Assembly (NCBI GenBank): GCA_039630085.1
Contig: JBCNVM010000002.1
Coordinates: 1-64,000, forward strand
DNA: 64,000 bases
Direction of reading: 5' to 3'
Origin: Candidatus Caldarchaeales archaeon
GTDB taxonomy: Archaea; Thermoproteota; Nitrososphaeria_A; Caldarchaeales; Calditenuaceae
Shown in pieces: positions 38,310-47,642 of this stretch; position 1 is the stretch's first letter; every line of letters begins with the position of its first letter. The notes below the pieces were generated by a model. That model worked only from the letters and a program-made list of their open reading frames with translations, searched no databases and was not told where the DNA came from. Both the position numbers and the translations under genes were made by a program.

Positions 38310-38843
38310 TCAGTACCACCTGTCCTTCAGTCCGATCAGGTAGGCTCCGGCGTTGGTCCCGACGTGAAGGGCCGCGGTGACCGCCATCAGAAGCGCGACC
38401 GTCAGCGGGTCAGCCCAGCGTGGAGGGCCGAAGGCCGTCCAAGAGACCGCGAAGGCCGTGACGAGGAACCCGAGCTGGTCGAGGACCGGGACTGACGCTC
38501 CCCTCTCGACGCCTGCCCGCCTCTTCGCGAACGAGCCCAGCACGTCGCCGAGCATCGCGCCCACCGAGAGCAGGACCGGCTCGGACGCGTGCCTGAAAGT
38601 CCCCGGTGAGAGCAGCAGGACTGAGAGGCCGACTGCGCTCCCCGCGGCTATCCCGGTCACCAGGCCCTCGACCGTCTTCCCGTCGCCGAGCAGCCTCCTG
38701 CCGTCGAGGAACGTCCTCCCGAAGTCGAGCGGATGGGTCGAGCCCACGAGCCTGACCACCACGACCGGCGCGCCGTTGGCGACGTATGCGGGAACGACGT
38801 AGACCAGCGCGGCCAGCAGCCTCCAGATGATCCCCTCCTCCAT
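38310..38843 (-). CDS. carS: CDP-archaeol synthase
   Basis: PAYVANGAPV, PLDFG..FLDGRRLLGDGKT.EG, GD.LGSF.KRR, LDQL, LH..TN. Confidence 0.93.
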   Translation of the reverse strand: MEEGIIWRLLAALVYVVPAYVANGAPVVVVRLVGSTHPLDFGRTFLDGRRLLGDGKTVEGLVTGIAAGSAVGLSVLLLSPGTFRHASEPVLLSVGAMLGDVLGSFAKRRAGVERGASVPVLDQLGFLVTAFAVSWTAFGPPRWADPLTVALLMAVTAALHVGTNAGAYLIGLKDRWY

Positions 38844-38905
38844 CCGGCCTTCGATCGGGCCGACCTGCTAATGGGTTCTATGCAGGACCTCGAGGGGTGG
38901 AGGGC

Positions 38906-39370
38906 TCAGAACTCCGCCTCGCCGATGTCGCCTTCGGGTCCGTAGTCGAAGGCCTGGTCCTCCGCGAGCATGAACCCGAGGCTCTGGAGCATCAACAGGT
39001 CGAGCAGGTGAAGGCTGACCAGCATCGGGAGAAGCGCTTGGTACTGCGTCAGGAGCTCTTGCACGCCCTCCTCGTCGCCCTCCTCGGCCCTCCTCCTTAT
39101 CTCCTCCGCCACCCTCTCGAGGTCCCTCCTCGCCGCCTCCGCCTCGTTCCTGCCCCTCTCGGTGAGCGAGTAGACCGTCCTCCTCCTCAGGAAGCCCTTC
39201 ACCTCCTGCGACGCGACCAGCCCCGCGGCCTCGAGCGATATCAGCGCCGACTCGACCTCGGACCTCCGCAGGCCCGTCCTGTCAGCGACCTCAGCCGCCG
39301 TGACCGGGCCCTCGAGGAGCGCCGCGAGCACCAAGCTCCTCCTCGTCGTCCAGTCCTCCTGCGCCGACAT
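38906..39370 (-). CDS. Winged-helix DNA-binding protein with acidic tail
   Basis: EGPVTAAEVA..TG....V...L..LE..GLV, YSLTERG wing. Confidence 0.8.
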   Translation of the reverse strand: MSAQEDWTTRRSLVLAALLEGPVTAAEVADRTGLRRSEVESALISLEAAGLVASQEVKGFLRRRTVYSLTERGRNEAEAARRDLERVAEEIRRRAEEGDEEGVQELLTQYQALLPMLVSLHLLDLLMLQSLGFMLAEDQAFDYGPEGDIGEAEF

Positions 39371-39468
39371 CGGGGAGACGGGTCGTTTGGATCTTATTTA
39401 ATTGACGCGGCGATTCACGAATCGATCTCCGGAAGACACTTAAATTCGGCTCGGGTCGGAGAGATCCG

Positions 39469-40611
39469 ATGAGGGTAACGGTCTCGGTCATCAAGGCCGA
39501 CGTCGGGAGCGTCGCCGGTCACCACAAGCCCCACGCGGAGATGCTCTCCTACGCCGAGAGGAAGATGCGGGAGGCCGAGGAGACGGGGCTGATCTCCTCC
39601 GGTTACGTGACCCACGCGGGCGACGACATCGTCCTCGTGATGACCCACACCCGGGGCGAGAACGACCCCGAGGTCCACGGTCTGGCTTGGAGGACCTTCA
39701 AGGAGATCACCGAGAAGGTCGCGAGGCCCCTGAAGCTCTACGCCGCAGGCCAGGACCTCCTGAGCGACGCCTTCAGCGGCAACGTGAGGGGACTGGGGCC
39801 CGGAGTCGCAGAGCTCGAGTTCGAGGAGAGGCCGTCGGAGCCGATCGTTGTCTTCGCCGCCGACAAGACCGAGCCCGGTGCCTGGAACGTGCCGCTCTAC
39901 AGGATCTTCGCGTCCCCAGATAACACAGCGGGCCTTGTGATCGACCCGAAGCTCCACGCGGGCTTCAAGTTCGAGGTCCTCGACCTGATAGAGTCCGAGT
40001 CGGTCGTCCTCAAGGCGCCCGAGGAGCTCTACGACCTGGTCGCGCTCCTAGGAACTCCGGGCAGGTACGCGGTCTCGAGGGTCCTCAGGGCGATCGACGA
40101 CGAGCCCGCCGCTGCCGCCAGCACGACGAGGCTCAGCCTGATCGCGGGCAGGTACGTCGGGAAGGACGATCCTGTCCTAGTCGTGAGGGCGCAGGCGGGC
40201 TTCCCCGCGGTTGGCGAGATACTGAGCGCCTTCGCGATCCCGCCGGTCGTCAGCGGGTGGATGAGGGGCTCCCACAGGGGTCCCCTGATGCCGGTCTCCT
40301 TCAGGAAGGGCCACAACGTCGTGACGTTCTTCGACGGACCTCCGAGGGTGATCGCGATGGGCTGGCAGGTCTCGAACGGCAGGCTGGTCGGAGTCGAGGG
40401 CAAGGAGCCGGCCGACCTCTTCGACGACCCGTTCTTCGACTACAGCAGGAGGGTCGCGGCGGAGATGGCGATCTACCTCAGGACGATGGGCGAGTTCGAG
40501 CCGGCGAGGCTGGGCCACGAGGAGATGGAGTACACGACCCTTCCCCAGATACTGGAGAGGCTGAGGCCGAGGTTCAGGAAGGTCGAGGAGGGCGTCAGCG
40601 TCAAGCGCTGA
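39469..40611 (+). CDS. fbp: Bifunctional FBP aldolase/phosphatase
   Basis: SVIKADVG..GH, GDD, GAGQDLL-like AAGQDLLSDAFSGN, DKTEPGAWN, YVGKDDP, GWMRGSH.GP, MEYTT. Confidence 0.96.
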   Translation: MRVTVSVIKADVGSVAGHHKPHAEMLSYAERKMREAEETGLISSGYVTHAGDDIVLVMTHTRGENDPEVHGLAWRTFKEITEKVARPLKLYAAGQDLLSDAFSGNVRGLGPGVAELEFEERPSEPIVVFAADKTEPGAWNVPLYRIFASPDNTAGLVIDPKLHAGFKFEVLDLIESESVVLKAPEELYDLVALLGTPGRYAVSRVLRAIDDEPAAAASTTRLSLIAGRYVGKDDPVLVVRAQAGFPAVGEILSAFAIPPVVSGWMRGSHRGPLMPVSFRKGHNVVTFFDGPPRVIAMGWQVSNGRLVGVEGKEPADLFDDPFFDYSRRVAAEMAIYLRTMGEFEPARLGHEEMEYTTLPQILERLRPRFRKVEEGVSVKR

Positions 40612-40654
40612 GCGCCGGAACAGGTTTATCCGCGCCCGATCCGTCTCCTGCCCG

Positions 40655-41500
40655 ATGGAGAGGGTCCTGGACTTCCACGTTCATTTGCCTACAGCGTCGT
40701 TCATCTCGACGCTCAGGCCATTCGTGGAGTCGATCAACGCCTACTTCAGGACCAACCTCGTCCAGAGGGACGTCGGCGAGGCGATAGAGGAGCTCAGGGG
40801 CCAAGGAGTCACCAAGGCCGTTCTCCTCCCGATCGACGCGCACAGGTTGACCGGCATTCGGGGTGACACGAACGAGTTGATGGCGAGGATCCAGGACGAG
40901 CACCGGGACTTCTTCGTCTGCTTCGCGACCGTCGACCCACATAGCCCCAAGGCCCCGGAGGACCTCGAGGACGCCCTTACGAGGCTCGGGCTCAGGGGCC
41001 TGAAGCTCCACCCGCAGCTCCAAGACCTAAGGCCGAACGACCCGAAGCTCTACCCGGTCTACGCGGTCGCGGAGAGGCACGGCGTCCCTGTCCTGGTCCA
41101 CACGGGGACATCGGGGATAGGCGCGGGGATGCCGGGGGGAGGCTCGATGAGGCTCGACTACGGAAGGCCGATCCACATGGACGAGGTCGCGGCGATCTTC
41201 CCGAGGCTCAACGTGATACTGGCCCACTTCGGGTGGCCCTGGCACGAGGAGGCCCTCGCGGTCGCGCTCCACAAGAGGAACGTCTACATCGACCTCTCCG
41301 GTTGGCTCCCGAAGTACATCCCGCAGACCGTTTTGAGGTACGTCGACACTCTCCTGAGGCAGAAGGCCCTCTTCGGGAGCGACTACCCGATGCTCAGCCC
41401 CTCGAGGTGCCTCGAGCAGTTTAGGGCGAGCGGCCTCCGCCCCGAGACCCTCGAAAGAGTCCTCTACGCCAACGGAGCAGAGCTCCTCGGACTGACCTGA
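40655..41500 (+). CDS. Amidohydrolase (Amidohydro_2) family protein
   Basis: DFHVH, GLKLHP, HTG.SGIGAG.PGG, AHFGWPW, IDLSGW, FGSDYP. Confidence 0.88.
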   Translation: MERVLDFHVHLPTASFISTLRPFVESINAYFRTNLVQRDVGEAIEELRGQGVTKAVLLPIDAHRLTGIRGDTNELMARIQDEHRDFFVCFATVDPHSPKAPEDLEDALTRLGLRGLKLHPQLQDLRPNDPKLYPVYAVAERHGVPVLVHTGTSGIGAGMPGGGSMRLDYGRPIHMDEVAAIFPRLNVILAHFGWPWHEEALAVALHKRNVYIDLSGWLPKYIPQTVLRYVDTLLRQKALFGSDYPMLSPSRCLEQFRASGLRPETLERVLYANGAELLGLT

Positions 41501-41516
41501 CCTATGGCGAGCGAGG

Positions 41517-42413
41517 TCAGGAGGAGCTGGAGCCCCCGAAGTAGACGAAGAAGTCCTCGTCCTCGACCAGCAACTTCATCTCGTCGAAGTCCACCTTCTC
41601 TCCCCTCTCGAGCTTCTCGAGGGCCTCCTTCTTCTTCCTCTCCTTCGCCGTCGAGACCCTCCTCTTCCAGAGCTCCTCCCTCTCGGCCCTCAGCGTCCTC
41701 CTGAGGTCGTAGACCCTCGATGCCAGGAGTATGGTCTCGGCCTCGTACCTGTCCCACGCGTTCTTCAGCTGGAGGTACTTCTGCTTGACCTCCTCGTGCT
41801 TCGCCTTGAGCTCGTCGTACTTCGCGTTCAGGACCTTCAGCTCGTTGTTGATCGCGGAGAGCCTGCCGTTGAGGTTGTCGAGCTCGCCCCTCTTCGCGTC
41901 CAGCTCCCTCTTCTTCTGCTCGACATCGGGGTAGAGCCTGAGGAGCTCCTCGTTGATCTTGAGGGCCTTCTCGTACTCGTTCAGCATCGCCTCGAGCCTA
42001 GAGGCCTCCTCGAAGAGCCTCCTCTCCTCCTCCCTCCTGACCCTGTGGGCGGCGAGGTAGAGGTCGATCTCATCGAGCCTCCTCCTGATCCTCTCGACGT
42101 CTATCCTCTTCATCACCCCCTTGATCTCGCCGCGCTTGCTCCTGATCTCGAAGACCATGTTCAGAAGCTCCTCCCTAAGCCTCCTGACCTCAGACCTCAG
42201 GCTCCTGACCGAGTCGATCAGCGACAGCTTCTCCGCCTTGAGGTTGGCGATCTGCTCCCTGATCCTCCTCATCTCCTCCCAGATCGAGTTCTTGACCTTG
42301 TACTGCTTGAGGGCCTCCTCCTTCACCTCGCTGACCTTCTCCTGTAGCTCCTTGAGCCTCTCGCGGACCTCGTAGAGCTGCTCCTCGGCCGCGTTGTGCT
42401 CTGCGTAGCTCAT
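41517..42413 (-). CDS. Archaeal coiled-coil protein (COG1340-like)
   Basis: Long E/K/R heptad helix; C-terminal EKLERGEKVDFDE. Confidence 0.75.
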   Translation of the reverse strand: MSYAEHNAAEEQLYEVRERLKELQEKVSEVKEEALKQYKVKNSIWEEMRRIREQIANLKAEKLSLIDSVRSLRSEVRRLREELLNMVFEIRSKRGEIKGVMKRIDVERIRRRLDEIDLYLAAHRVRREEERRLFEEASRLEAMLNEYEKALKINEELLRLYPDVEQKKRELDAKRGELDNLNGRLSAINNELKVLNAKYDELKAKHEEVKQKYLQLKNAWDRYEAETILLASRVYDLRRTLRAEREELWKRRVSTAKERKKKEALEKLERGEKVDFDEMKLLVEDEDFFVYFGGSSSS

Positions 42414-43171
42414 CTCAGCTCATCCTCCCCTTCACCGAAGGTCCTAGTTATAGCCATATGCAGGGCCGGGAACCCGTCCATCGTCTTCGAGGAGACGATC
42501 ACGTGGGGGACGAAGGCCCTGATCTCGCTGACGGCCTTCGCGACCTCCCTCGCCATCAGTAGGGTCACTCCGCCGCTCCTCCTGTCGAGGTCGACCTCGT
42601 AAGCCTCTTGGGAGCTCAGCCACCTCGAGATCCTGGCCAAGACCCTCCTCGGGACGACGTCGGACTTCGTGACCGCCATCACCATCGGCATCGCGAACCT
42701 CAAGTAGACCGAGGCTGCGAGGAACATCGAGGAGGCGAACGTCCTCGGGGTATGGGAGAGTATCGGGTCGAGGAGGTAGAGGATCACGCCCCTCTCGAGG
42801 GTGAGGGCCCTCGCCACGACCAGGCCCTCCCTCCTGAACGCGAAGATCTCCATCTGGCCCGGCGTGTCGACGATCAGGTAGTCGACGTGGAGGCCCTGGA
42901 CCTCCTCGACCAGCGCCTCGACGTTCCTCGCGACCTCCCTCACGGAGTAGATGAGGGCCGAGTTCGGCCCCACGCCCCTCACCGCCATTATCTTTTCGTA
43001 GTCGACCATCTCCCTCACGTCCACGTCGGGCTCGTAGGGGAGCGTGATCGCCGCTGGGTCCAAGTTCACGGTAGCGACGGACTGCTCGTTCTCCCTCAGC
43101 CAGTCGACCAGCGCGGACGTCAGCGTCGACTTTCCCGAAGACGCCGTGCCCACGACGAATATGGTCCTCAA
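42410..43171 (-). CDS. GPN-loop GTPase
   Basis: GTASSGKST, VNLDP, GPN, DTPGQME.F, TKSD. Confidence 0.92.
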   Translation of the reverse strand: MRTIFVVGTASSGKSTLTSALVDWLRENEQSVATVNLDPAAITLPYEPDVDVREMVDYEKIMAVRGVGPNSALIYSVREVARNVEALVEEVQGLHVDYLIVDTPGQMEIFAFRREGLVVARALTLERGVILYLLDPILSHTPRTFASSMFLAASVYLRFAMPMVMAVTKSDVVPRRVLARISRWLSSQEAYEVDLDRRSGGVTLLMAREVAKAVSEIRAFVPHVIVSSKTMDGFPALHMAITRTFGEGEDELR

Positions 43172-43278
43172 GAGCGCGCTGCTCTGCGTTCCGCCAAGGA
43201 TTTAACCATGAAGTCGGAGCCTGCTCGGAGTCCGCACCCGGTCAGACGTCGGTCGCCGCGGACCGGGTGGTGACTCCG

Positions 43279-43782
43279 TCACCTCCCGACCTGCAGGAGT
43301 ATCCCGGCCGCGACCGTCGCGCCGGCCAGCAGCAGGGCCACGAGGTGACCCGCGCCGAGGCCCGTCAGCCCGGTGTAGAGCATGTACCCGCCGATCGCGG
43401 ACGAGGCAACGACGAGGAGGAACTCGTGGAAGAAGAACCCGACTAGGAACCCGATGAAGGCCACCAGGAGGGCCAACGCGAAGCCCGAGCCGAGCGAGGA
43501 CGCGACGACGTACCCGAGGAGCGCGAGGACCAGTCCGGCGCCCACCCGAAGGAGCAAGAGGCCCACGAACCCCAGCCCCGCGAAGGCGAGGACCGTGACC
43601 ACGTCGAGGAGGAACGGCGAGAGCCTCCCCGCGAGCGCCTCCCTCAGCAGAAGCGCTCCCAGCGCGCCGGCCGCGACGAAGGCCGCCAGCTTCAGGACCT
43701 TCTTTCCGAGGAACGCGAGGAGGAGCCCAAGCCCCATCAGGATCAGGTTGAGGGCGGTGCCAGGTATCGGGACCGACTCCAC
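43279..43782 (-). CDS. Gly-rich multi-pass membrane protein (DUF4203-like)
   Basis: About six hydrophobic helices, GL.LAF.G.K and S..GG..GILLQ patterns. Confidence 0.7.
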   Translation of the reverse strand: MESVPIPGTALNLILMGLGLLLAFLGKKVLKLAAFVAAGALGALLLREALAGRLSPFLLDVVTVLAFAGLGFVGLLLLRVGAGLVLALLGYVVASSLGSGFALALLVAFIGFLVGFFFHEFLLVVASSAIGGYMLYTGLTGLGAGHLVALLLAGATVAAGILLQVGR

Positions 43783-43789
43783 CGGCCCC

Positions 43790-43975
43790 TCACCGGATCA
43801 CCCTCAGGAGCCGGAGGCCGTTCAGCAGGAGCGCGACTCCGAGCGCGGCCACCAGCACCCCGATGAGCTCGACGATCAGCCTCCAGCTGACTGCGAGCCC
43901 GACGACCAGCAGGATCAGGCCCACGACGACGTAGAGAACGCCGGTTGTCTCCCCGCCGCCGGCCAAACCGATCAC
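43790..43975 (-). CDS. Small two-TM membrane protein
   Basis: Hydrophobic 61-aa ORF that fills the gap between same-strand genes. Confidence 0.6.
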   Translation of the reverse strand: MIGLAGGGETTGVLYVVVGLILLVVGLAVSWRLIVELIGVLVAALGVALLLNGLRLLRVIR

Positions 43976-44422
43976 CTATGCGTAGGTGTAGAGCGTCCTG
44001 AACTGGAAGTCCTTCGGGAGCCTCCCGATCCTCTTGTAGTACTTCACGAGCCTGTGTATCCTCGCCTCGACGAGCTGGAGCCTGTGCCTGTTGTACCTGT
44101 CGGACCTGTTGTTCTGGAGGTGGACGTGCATCCTCCTCGCCCTCTCGATCAGGTTCATCAGGTCCTCCGGAATCTCCTGGCCCAGTCCGCGCTCCCTGAG
44201 TATCTGCGTGACGCTCTTCCCCGTGATCGCCCTCACGAGCGGGATCCCGTGCTGGTCCCTCAGGACCGTCCCGATCATGCTGGGGGACATGCCCTGCCTC
44301 GCGTAGCTCACGACCAGCTCCTCGACCTCCTCCGGTGTGGCCGTCACCCAAGAGGGGGTGGACTTCGAGATCGGGCGCTTCGACCCGGACTTGCCGCGCT
44401 TCCTCGCGTGCATCCGCGCCAT
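43976..44422 (-). CDS. rps15: 30S ribosomal protein S15 (S13e-type)
   Basis: MARMHARKRGKSGS, S.IG..LRDQHGIP, IPEDL..LI, E.RI.RL.KYYK. Confidence 0.97.
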   Translation of the reverse strand: MARMHARKRGKSGSKRPISKSTPSWVTATPEEVEELVVSYARQGMSPSMIGTVLRDQHGIPLVRAITGKSVTQILRERGLGQEIPEDLMNLIERARRMHVHLQNNRSDRYNRHRLQLVEARIHRLVKYYKRIGRLPKDFQFRTLYTYA

Positions 44423-44535
44423 TTCCGTCCCCTCAACGGGCGCTCGCTCTAAAGATAAACCGTGCGGGTTACCAAGCCCGCTCACGGGCAGAGGCCGTTA
44501 AAGTTCATAGAGCGACGAGTCGGTGCATCGAGCGG

Positions 44536-44955
44536 ATGATCAGGCTGAGGAAGGCCCACGTCGAGGAGATGAGGTCCCACCTCTCCTCGGTCTACCCGGA
44601 GGAGGGTTGCGGCCTTCTGGTGGGAAGGGTGGTTAACGGCGTGAGGGAGGTCGAGAGGCTGGTCCCGATGAAAAACGTCTACAACGGCTCGAGGAGGAAC
44701 AGGTACTCGATAGACCCGCTGGAGTACGTGAAGGTCGAGAGGGAGGCGGTCGAGAAGGGCGAGGTCGTCCTCGGAGTCTACCACAGCCACCCCGATTATC
44801 CCGCGGTCCCGAGCAGCTACGACCTAGAGCACGCTGTCCCTGAGTTCACTTACGTGATCGTCTCGATCTCCGGTAGGGAGGTCAAGGGGATATCCGCGTG
44901 GAGGCTCGACGATGTCCTGAGGAGGTTCGAGGTCGAGGACATGTCGATCGAGTAG
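44536..44955 (+). CDS. JAMM/M67 metallopeptidase (Mec/desampylase-like)
   Basis: YPEEGCG.L.G and YHSHPD....PS..D JAMM motif. Confidence 0.92.
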   Translation: MIRLRKAHVEEMRSHLSSVYPEEGCGLLVGRVVNGVREVERLVPMKNVYNGSRRNRYSIDPLEYVKVEREAVEKGEVVLGVYHSHPDYPAVPSSYDLEHAVPEFTYVIVSISGREVKGISAWRLDDVLRRFEVEDMSIE

Positions 44956-44959
44956 CCTC

Positions 44960-46165
44960 TCAGCCCGTGCACCCCCTCTCCGACGGCCTAAAGACGTGGA
45001 GCTCCTGAAAGTCGCTCGAGAGGAAGACCGCGCCGAGCTTCAGGTGCCTGACGGCGTCTCTGTAGCTCGTCAGGATCCTGACCGCGTTCCTCGACTTGAC
45101 GAATCCCATCAGCATCGCGAGGCTGAGGACCCGGAACCTCTCGTCGAGCACGTATGAGAGCAGCCCGACGCCCGCCTTCCTGAGGTCCGGGCTTGCGTCG
45201 AACTCGTCTGGGGCTAGCAGGGCCGCGTCGACGCCGTGCCGCTCCGCGTCCAAGACCGCCTCCTCGAAGTAGGGCTCAGGGTCGTCTAGGTAGGAGTCGG
45301 AGAACACGGTCGAGTACCTGATCCAGCTCTTCACCAGCTGCCTGACGGAGCTCTCCCTGAAGGCGTTCGATGTCCTCATCTCCCTGGCCCTCTTCCTCTC
45401 CTCCCTGCTCCTCGAGGCCATGGTCTCCGGCCTCTCGAGGAAGACCGCCTCGGCCCCCACTCCCTCGATCGCCCTCCTCATCTCCTCCGGGGGCTCGATC
45501 CCCATCAGCAGGACGTGCGTCGGCCTCACCGCCCTGATCAGCTCGGACTTGTGGAGGACCGCGTCGTCGCCGTCGATCCAGCCGTCCACGTCGATGAGGA
45601 CCCTCTCTGAGCCCGCGAGGTCCTGCAGGACCCTCCTCGCGACCGCGACCGACCTGCCGACGCAGAGCGAGGGCGACGTGAACCCGAAGGCGTAGACCGC
45701 CTCGGCCCTGAGGCCGTAAAGCGCGTGGGTGCTTGACCCGGCCCTCGCGTACCCGACCGTCGTGGGAGGACAGATCTCGCCCTGGCCGACGTCGAGGTCG
45801 ACGAAGTGGACCTCTCCCCTCGAGACCGAGCCGTTCAGCAGCGTCAAGAGGACCGAGGTCTTGCCCGAGTCGACCCTCCCTAACGCCATAACCCTGAACT
45901 TCTCGCCGAGCGAGTCTGCCAGTCTCCTCCACGACTCCGGGATTGGGTCGAAGTCCAGCTCCTCGTGGGAGCTTCCGGTCCCGAGGCTCAGCACCACGGT
46001 GGAGTCCTCCAGCGCTGTGATGGGCACCGTCTTCCACGGCTTCACCAAGACGCTCTCCCCTCTCCTCGGCCGGTGCCCGAAGACCTCGACCGCCCCCGAC
46101 TCGAGGGAGGCCGACGCCGGGCCCTTCAGCAGCACGGCCCTCCCCTTCTTCAGCTCCAGCCTCAT
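44960..46165 (-). CDS. Clp1/Grc3-family polynucleotide 5'-kinase
   Basis: G.VDSGKTS, DLDVGQ..I.PP..VG, ID.DGW, SREER...R lid. Confidence 0.88.
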   Translation of the reverse strand: MRLELKKGRAVLLKGPASASLESGAVEVFGHRPRRGESVLVKPWKTVPITALEDSTVVLSLGTGSSHEELDFDPIPESWRRLADSLGEKFRVMALGRVDSGKTSVLLTLLNGSVSRGEVHFVDLDVGQGEICPPTTVGYARAGSSTHALYGLRAEAVYAFGFTSPSLCVGRSVAVARRVLQDLAGSERVLIDVDGWIDGDDAVLHKSELIRAVRPTHVLLMGIEPPEEMRRAIEGVGAEAVFLERPETMASRSREERKRAREMRTSNAFRESSVRQLVKSWIRYSTVFSDSYLDDPEPYFEEAVLDAERHGVDAALLAPDEFDASPDLRKAGVGLLSYVLDERFRVLSLAMLMGFVKSRNAVRILTSYRDAVRHLKLGAVFLSSDFQELHVFRPSERGCTG

Positions 46166-46272
46166 GCACCGTCTGAACCGCCTCAGCTGGGAAAAAAGTT
46201 GAGGCAGGCAGGACCGATGACTCCGGGACCGCGCCGCCAAACCTTATTACAGGCGCGGGGCGAGATCGACCG

Positions 46273-47064
46273 ATGAGCTGGGGCCTCCAGAACAGGCTCT
46301 CCAGGATCATCAAGCCCTCGACGAAGAGGACCGTGATGCTCGCGGTGGACCACGGCTACTTCCTCGGACCCATCAAGGGCCTCGAGAACCCGAGGAGGAC
46401 CATAACGCCGCTCCTGCCCTACGCCGACGCGATCATGCTGACGAGGGGGGTCCTGAGGACGAGCGTCGACCCAACAGTCGACGTCCCGATCGTGCTGAGG
46501 GTCTCCGGGGGCAACACGATAGCGGGCCCCGCGCTCGGCGACGAGGAGATCGTGACCTCGGTCGAGGACGCGGTGAGGCTGAACGCCTCTGCCCTGGCCT
46601 TCTCGATCTACGTCGGCACCCAGTATGAGCACCAGACGCTGAAGGCCCTCGCCCAGCTGATCGACCTCGGGGAGACCTACGGCATACCAGTCCTCGCGGT
46701 CACCGCGGTGGGCAGGGAGCTCGAGAAGCGCGAGACCAAGTACATCGCCCTGGCGTGCAGGGTGGCGGCGGAGCTCGGCGCCCACTTCATCAAGACCTAC
46801 TACACGCCGGAGTTCGAGAAGGTCGTCGACTCGGCCCCGGTGCCCCTCGTGATAGCCGGCGGGCCCAAGATGGAGACGGAGCTCGACGCGCTGAAGCTCG
46901 CCTACGACGCGGTCCAGGCGGGAGCCGCGGGCGTCGACTTCGGGAGGAACGCCTTCCAGTCACCGAACCCGGTCGGGATGATCAAGGCCCTTAGGAGGAT
47001 CGTCCACGAGAACTGGACTCCTAAGGAGGCGGCCCAAGAGCTGGGCCAGCTGGCCGTGAGGTGA
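46273..47064 (+). CDS. lsrF: LsrF-family class I aldolase/thiolase
   Basis: WG.QNRLSRI.......MLAVDHGYF.GP, TRGVLR, LRVSGG, LAVTAVG, ELGA.FIKTYY, AGG.K, GVDFGRN.FQS. Confidence 0.8.
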   Translation: MSWGLQNRLSRIIKPSTKRTVMLAVDHGYFLGPIKGLENPRRTITPLLPYADAIMLTRGVLRTSVDPTVDVPIVLRVSGGNTIAGPALGDEEIVTSVEDAVRLNASALAFSIYVGTQYEHQTLKALAQLIDLGETYGIPVLAVTAVGRELEKRETKYIALACRVAAELGAHFIKTYYTPEFEKVVDSAPVPLVIAGGPKMETELDALKLAYDAVQAGAAGVDFGRNAFQSPNPVGMIKALRRIVHENWTPKEAAQELGQLAVR

Positions 47065-47568
47065 TCAGGTCCCGCCGGAGCCCCTCTCGTCGCTCACCAG
47101 CACCAGCCCCTCCGAGGTCACGAGCCTCAGCAGCTCGCCGTACTTCAGCTCGATCTCGACGACCGTGCCGTCGGGGTCCGAGAGGTCGATGACCTCCCTC
47201 CTCTTCCAGACGTAGCCGCCGGACTTCAGGTTGAGCCTGCTGAAGGTCCCCACGAGGCTCAGCGGTATCCTCCTGGACCTGAAGGGGAGCAGGTACTCGA
47301 CGAAGCAGAACCTGTGGGCCCTGTCGTGGACGTCGCCGTAGAACGTGTTGAAGTAGAGGTGGAGCGGCTCGGACCTGTAGTACGTCTCCCAGGTCGTGTA
47401 CCTCGAGTAGTAGGGGACCCATCCCTCGTCCCGGAGCTCCATGTCCTCAAGGGAGACAGGCCTCCTCCAGCCGGAGACCAGGAAGCCCCGCTCCTCCAGC
47501 TTCGGGATCACGGCGCCCCTCAGTATCCCCTGCCGGAGCAGCTCGATCCTCTCCCTCTGCGTCGTCAT
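47065..47568 (-). CDS. Hypothetical protein
   Basis: Aromatic-rich ORF with native codon usage, downstream of a shared AT-rich divergent promoter (47589-47620); no family recognised. Confidence 0.6.
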   Translation of the reverse strand: MTTQRERIELLRQGILRGAVIPKLEERGFLVSGWRRPVSLEDMELRDEGWVPYYSRYTTWETYYRSEPLHLYFNTFYGDVHDRAHRFCFVEYLLPFRSRRIPLSLVGTFSRLNLKSGGYVWKRREVIDLSDPDGTVVEIELKYGELLRLVTSEGLVLVSDERGSGGT

Positions 47569-47642
47569 CGCGTTACCGACCTTGTTTCTTCCGACCGGAG
47601 GGTCCACATTTTATATTAAGTTGTCTCGCGACCTGCGGCGGG

